A stretch of 64,000 bases of DNA from assembly GCA_963741955.1 (NCBI GenBank), contig CAVUKB010000005.1, positions 1,120,001 to 1,184,000 of the forward strand, in the 5' to 3' direction. Positions 60,401-64,000 of this stretch are shown here, one piece after another. This stretch comes from an uncultured Acidobacteriota bacterium. Lineage in GTDB: Bacteria > Acidobacteriota > Thermoanaerobaculia > Gp7-AA8. A program made the translations under genes and the position numbers. The notes under the pieces were generated by a model, which made no database searches, was not told the DNA's origin, and saw nothing but the letters and a program-made list of their open reading frames with translations. The first letter of the stretch is position 1. Every line of letters starts with the position of its first letter.

Positions 60401-60560
60401 AATCACGAACGAAATTCTCGGCGATGAAAGGCGGAGCCAGCTCGGAGATCTCGACAATCTCGAGGTCGAGTTTTCCGTCGTCGGCGGTGATGGCGCAGTC
60501 GCGACCTATCTCTCCTCCGTCGACAACGGCACGAGCGACTCGATCCTGCGGACGGAGTGA
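57426..60560 (+). CDS. Large secreted protein with FN3/Ig/BACON-like domains
   Basis: GGAGG RBS, signal peptide, LTWNAP, YHYRLVAFN, SDVPWI, repeated FxSDV/FRTDL/FRTNF modules. Confidence 0.82.
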   Translation: MRTLILLLGVSLAALAADGSSFPPRQGPVNRPELVPYACTSIEIPNFQISQIGETQFRLTWNAPANVPEPQYDVLANVRPGSCQSDDQHLVLGTTSQTTLDVTLPVAEREYALYVVEHSCAQISTAFAWIVDSFTDTPAAPTLTLGAIGTNSVSFTYVQPAPDHGALLLQRSTDGNKWGNITFLDYCPAGSSHSVTDNAVPKGTYHYRLVAFNNTSYTFSKEVLASVGTTVPPPSIDSFAALPAQIRAGDTARLVWSARNATSISIDPEVGMHDPSGSVNVAPTGSTTYKLTAVGSGGTATATTTLDVLTAPEVRITGFPETMVQGTSGAGATTSFTVTNIGGSSTTVNMSTAGGFFNISPARLDLTPGKSAGVSVTSNSSLASGRYGGTISFTGAGVPAGLQVPVLCLATPTPNGTTSAVADQKRVDLAGPSGSAPSGSVSFQNTGTATMFALASSDVPWIEPDTSLIEIAPGVSSPVSFRINRSLRPDANAPSGTVTGNLSLVFRAGASGKLAADDGATSLGRTSLVTVTDTSRPATSSSTIPPLAAGELAQFVAGVGHLVGSTGQFISDVALTNLASSNDLSGLSFYYSTLGSPSSTPSLLAQLQKIGANTPVQFSDIVSTVFNRTSESGSLLIRGSQANNLTPSATILNVSDARGTYGTAIPILRSDRSAGPGESLMLSGLRKTADGHTNFFIQETNGGNVTVTTSWLDANGSVLASLTETIPPFGLLRILDSDQIPTSMVSARISSSPTSTGRFAAYATPLDRLSRDFWAVTDWNRQNAMSGSDPMLVPVAGTVHGANNAFFRTDLSVMNSGDSNGVANVLYHYTDINTGATAEKAASVSLGTLQSRTFGDVAGSLFNLTTNTLGYIIFTPQSGKFVVTSRTYSTVSGQPGTFGTGVTTLPLSASLRLGQTRTIGGVKDSSLVSIQTAKGGTFRTNFGMIETAGATAVVRVTVYFSYQSTGRAVQVGRDSAWKEYTLAPHQSMQISRITNEILGDERRSQLGDLDNLEVEFSVVGGDGAVATYLSSVDNGTSDSILRTE

Positions 60561-60638
60561 GGCTCGGGGCTCGAGAGGTCGATCCCGAGCGAGGCGAGAC
60601 CCGAGCGCGTCGCGGAAAGAGCTTACTCTCCGCCCAGG

Positions 60639-60869
60639 ATGAAGGTCTATCTCGACGTGTGCCGTCTCAATCGACCGTTCGATGATCAGACGCAGCAGCG
60701 GGTCCATCTCGAAGCCGAAACCGTACTGATGATCATGGAACGATTCGAACGCGGTGAACTCGAATGGATCAGCGGCGACGTCGTTCAGATCGAGATCGAT
60801 CAGATCTCAGACCCCGAACGTCGACGGCGCGTTGGGACCCATGTTGCCATGACTCACGTTCGACCCGGT
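60639..60869 (+). pseudogene. Truncated PIN-domain (VapC-like) gene
   Basis: MKVYLDVCRLNRPFDDQTQQRVHLEAE is a typical PIN N-terminus. Resemblance ends after ~65 aa, and the frame then runs into the opposite-strand gene. Confidence 0.7.
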
Positions 60870-61682
60870 TCAAGAGGCTTGTTTTTTGCCCGACGAATTG
60901 CCCTGGACAATTTTGATCGCAAGGCAGTCATACGTGATTCGCCCCTCCTGATAATTAACGGTACCTCGTCGTAAAAGACGCCATTCCCCATCCTGGAACA
61001 TGCCATCACTTTCTATCCGCTCGACCACATCATCCGAGGCGTCGAGCCGTTTCACCAGCTCGGCGTTTTGCGCCAGGACAACATGGGGGAGACCGGCACC
61101 GACCACCAGAATGACCGGTTCAACGATCAGATTAGAAAGGTCTCGAAAAGAAAAGGCGTCCAGTGTCTCCCTGGATTGCAACCGGATCACTTTGGCCCGG
61201 GCATCCGGTCCAATTGCGTCCTTGGTCGTTTCGATCAGGTCGAGCAGGTAGTAGCGCACATCGTCCAGGTTCTTCGCCTTGTGCAACTTCTCGAGATCCG
61301 GATGGGTTTCAAGGGCCTTGGCCAACATGGACACCTCGCGCAGGTAATGATTGCGCTGGTTATCCGGAACCATGTACATGACGACCAGCGCCACTGGCAT
61401 GCCGTCCGGCGCGCCATAATCGATTCCCGTCGGACTCCAGCCAATCACGCACATGAGATCCTCTTCATAGGACACTCGTGCATGGGGGCAGGCCCACCCT
61501 TTGCCGATGCCGGTATTTATCGCCTGCTCTCTTTTCGTCACCAGGCCGACCACATCGGTTCCGGCCGTGGTTTCGGGAAAGGCCTCGATGATGTGTGCGA
61601 GAAATTGCAGGGAGTGAGCCTTGTCGCTTTCGGGCAGTTCGAACAATCTGCCTTCCTGTAGAGCATCCAAAATGGAATCCAT
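60870..61682 (-). CDS. PTS EIIA (Ntr/fructose-type) domain protein with C-terminal extension
   Basis: REQAINTGIGKGWACPHAR (phospho-His motif), GIDYGAPDGMPV, HYLREVSMLAK. ATG lies 2 nt after the mgtA stop. Confidence 0.82.
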   Translation of the reverse strand: MDSILDALQEGRLFELPESDKAHSLQFLAHIIEAFPETTAGTDVVGLVTKREQAINTGIGKGWACPHARVSYEEDLMCVIGWSPTGIDYGAPDGMPVALVVMYMVPDNQRNHYLREVSMLAKALETHPDLEKLHKAKNLDDVRYYLLDLIETTKDAIGPDARAKVIRLQSRETLDAFSFRDLSNLIVEPVILVVGAGLPHVVLAQNAELVKRLDASDDVVERIESDGMFQDGEWRLLRRGTVNYQEGRITYDCLAIKIVQGNSSGKKQAS

Positions 61683-61684
61683 AA

Positions 61685-64000
61685 TCAATTATCTCCATAG
61701 CGTTTGAAGAACCAGGTCTTTACCAGATGGGTCAACACTGCGTATGTCGTCAGGAAAGCGCCAATCCAGGCCCAATACATCGCAGGTAGGGGAACCATCC
61801 CCAAATCAGCCGCGAAGGCCGAATACGGCAGCCCGGCTCCGACGGCCATGATGCCGAGGGTGGTCATCGTCATGTACAGCGATGCCTGACTGCCAAAGAA
61901 CGGTAGTCTTTTCGTCCGGATGATGTGCACGATCAACGTCTGGGTCAGGAGCGATTCAACAAACCAGCCAGTTTGAAAGAGCTGGGCCAACGATTCCTTC
62001 TGCACGGCGCTGGTTGCGGGATGGAGAAAGTCGCTGCAATGAAAGAAGAACCACATCAGCGCGAAGGTCGCGTAATCAAAAATGGAGCTGATCGGTCCGA
62101 TACAGACCATGAAGCGCTTGATATTGCCGATATTCCATTTGAGCGGTCTTTCAATGAGTTCCGCATCAACGTTATCCGTGGGGATGCCGGTCTGCGAGAA
62201 ATCGTACAAAAGGTTGTTGGTGAGGATCTGCACCGGCAGCATCGGCAGGAACGGCAGAAGGTAACTGGCTCCAACCACGCTCAACATGTTCCCGAAGTTG
62301 GAGCTGGCGCCCATGCGGATGTACTTGACGATGTTGGCGAAGACCTTGCGGCCTTCCATAATGCCTTCTTCCAGGACCATGAGGTTCTTTTCCAGCAGGA
62401 CGATGTCAGCAGCCTCCTTGGCGACATCCACTGCGGAATCCACCGAGATGCCGACATCGGCTGCTTTCAACGCTGGCGCGTCATTGATGCCGTCACCCAT
62501 GAATCCGACCACGTGTCCCCGATGGCGCAGTTCCTTGACGATCTGCTCCTTTTGCGCGGGAGACAGCTTGACGAAGACATTACTGTCTTGAACCGCTGCA
62601 GAAAAGTCGTCCGGCGAAAGCCGCGCAAGGTCCGCGCCAGTAACGAGCCGCTCCACGGCTAGCTCCACATCCCGGCAGACCTTTTCAGTCACCAGACCAT
62701 TGTCGCCGGTCAGGACCTTCACCATGACGCCCGCTTTCGCCATGAGCTCAATCGCCTCCGTTGCGGAGGCTTTGGGGGGATCATAAAAGGCGATGTAGCC
62801 GAGCAGAATCAGTTGCTTTTCATCGTCAACCGTGAACTCAGTCCTGGTTCGAGGGAACTCCCGATAGGCAATACCGAGGACGCGGAATCCATCGCGATTG
62901 AGTTTCTCAACCTCTTCGAACAGGTCGAAGCGGATCATTTCGATCAGCGGATAGACCTCTTCGTCGATCTGGTAATGGGTACAGCATTCGAAAATTTCTT
63001 CCGCCGCGCCTTTGCAGATCAGGACATGATCCTCTTCATAATCAACCACCACGGACATGCGGCGGCGCTGAAAATCAAAAGGTAGTTCGTCGACGAGACG
63101 ACAGTCCTTCTCGACATTCAAATCGGCATGCTCGAGCACAGCCCGGTCGATCAGGTTGCGCAGGCCGGTTTGAAAGTAGCTGTTGAGATAGGCGTACCCG
63201 AGGACTTCTTCACTGCTGTTGCCAATGGTGTCGACATGACGCTCCATGACGACCCGGTCCTGGGTCAGGGTTCCGGTCTTGTCCGTGCACAAGATATCGA
63301 TGGCTCCGAAGTTCTGGATCGACGGCAGTCTTTTGACGATCACCTTCTTTTTCGCCATGGTCAGCGCACCCTTGGCCAGGTTGACCGTGACGATCATCGG
63401 CAACATTTCCGGGGTGAGACCGACTGCGATGGAGAGGCCGAACAGGAGTGCTTCTATCCAGTCCCCCTTGGTCAATCCGACGATGAAGAAGACCGCAAGC
63501 ACCATCACCACCATGAAGCGGATCATCAGCATAGTGAAGGAACGCACGCCGGTGTCGAAACTGGTCTCCTCCCGCTTTTCGTTCAACCGCACCGAAATCG
63601 CGCCGAACAGGGTGCGGGTGCCGGTATTCACGACAACAGCGCGGGCGGTACCGCTGGTCACGGATGTCCCGAGGAAGCAGGCGTTCGGCAACTCCATGGC
63701 CGATGAGACGGATGCGTCAGCACTGGCACCCGTCTTTTCCACCGGCATCGATTCCCCGGTAAGGGCGGACTCGCTGACAAAGAAATCCTTCGCGGTAATC
63801 AGCCGCAGGTCGGCCGGCACAATCGATCCCGCCTGCAGAAGCACGATGTCGCCCGGAACGATTTCCGAGATCCTGACCTCGATGGTTTCTCTATCCCTTA
63901 CGACAAAGGCACGTGACTCGACACGCTTGCCGAGCGATTCGACGGTCCTGCTGGAACGGCGGTCAAGAATGTAGGACAACCCGACGCTCAGTACGACCAT
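61685..64000 (-). CDS. mgtA: Mg2+-translocating P-type ATPase (5' end outside the window)
   Basis: LTGES, VGLTPEMLP, CTDKTGTLT, ELPFDFQRRRMS, ICKGA, MGDGINDAPAL, ASSNFGNM, FQTGWFVESL. Confidence 0.93.
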   Translation of the reverse strand: MVVLSVGLSYILDRRSSRTVESLGKRVESRAFVVRDRETIEVRISEIVPGDIVLLQAGSIVPADLRLITAKDFFVSESALTGESMPVEKTGASADASVSSAMELPNACFLGTSVTSGTARAVVVNTGTRTLFGAISVRLNEKREETSFDTGVRSFTMLMIRFMVVMVLAVFFIVGLTKGDWIEALLFGLSIAVGLTPEMLPMIVTVNLAKGALTMAKKKVIVKRLPSIQNFGAIDILCTDKTGTLTQDRVVMERHVDTIGNSSEEVLGYAYLNSYFQTGLRNLIDRAVLEHADLNVEKDCRLVDELPFDFQRRRMSVVVDYEEDHVLICKGAAEEIFECCTHYQIDEEVYPLIEMIRFDLFEEVEKLNRDGFRVLGIAYREFPRTRTEFTVDDEKQLILLGYIAFYDPPKASATEAIELMAKAGVMVKVLTGDNGLVTEKVCRDVELAVERLVTGADLARLSPDDFSAAVQDSNVFVKLSPAQKEQIVKELRHRGHVVGFMGDGINDAPALKAADVGISVDSAVDVAKEAADIVLLEKNLMVLEEGIMEGRKVFANIVKYIRMGASSNFGNMLSVVGASYLLPFLPMLPVQILTNNLLYDFSQTGIPTDNVDAELIERPLKWNIGNIKRFMVCIGPISSIFDYATFALMWFFFHCSDFLHPATSAVQKESLAQLFQTGWFVESLLTQTLIVHIIRTKRLPFFGSQASLYMTMTTLGIMAVGAGLPYSAFAADLGMVPLPAMYWAWIGAFLTTYAVLTHLVKTWFFKRYGDN

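Overview
GC-rich bacterial chromosome segment. The gene families (PCR-x-xDSR secreted proteins, Ser/Thr kinase-TPR, Met-zincin) suggest Acidobacteriota, possibly Thermoanaerobaculia; this is inference. The first ~11 kb is a minus-strand defence island: HTH-WYL regulator, orphan hsdM, rhuM, then a type I-G-like Cas3 (helicase with C-terminal HD) translationally coupled to a type III-B cmr1 that runs off the window edge. The WYL 3' end and the DNA after it occur three times. Each copy carries TGACAG-N10-TACGTT, a PafBC-like promoter layout, followed by a putative leaderless small ORF. Two large non-coding arrays of palindromic units (11 x ~235 bp at 8.4-11.0 kb; 13 x 295-460 bp at 45.3-49.6 kb) share one core element, and a third small array lies at 42.5-43.2 kb. 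The rest holds peptidases, a GGDEF protein, a YcaQ-like protein, an RND pump, a MoxR/DUF58/SpoIIM/RDD operon with three B-box-like zinc-finger proteins, thrABC, a wHTH regulator with a cis-prenyltransferase/reductase pair, panE, a kinase and secreted proteins. A lower-GC segment (mgtA plus an EIIA-domain gene) abuts a truncated PIN gene at the right end. No CRISPR array, rRNA or tRNA was recognised.
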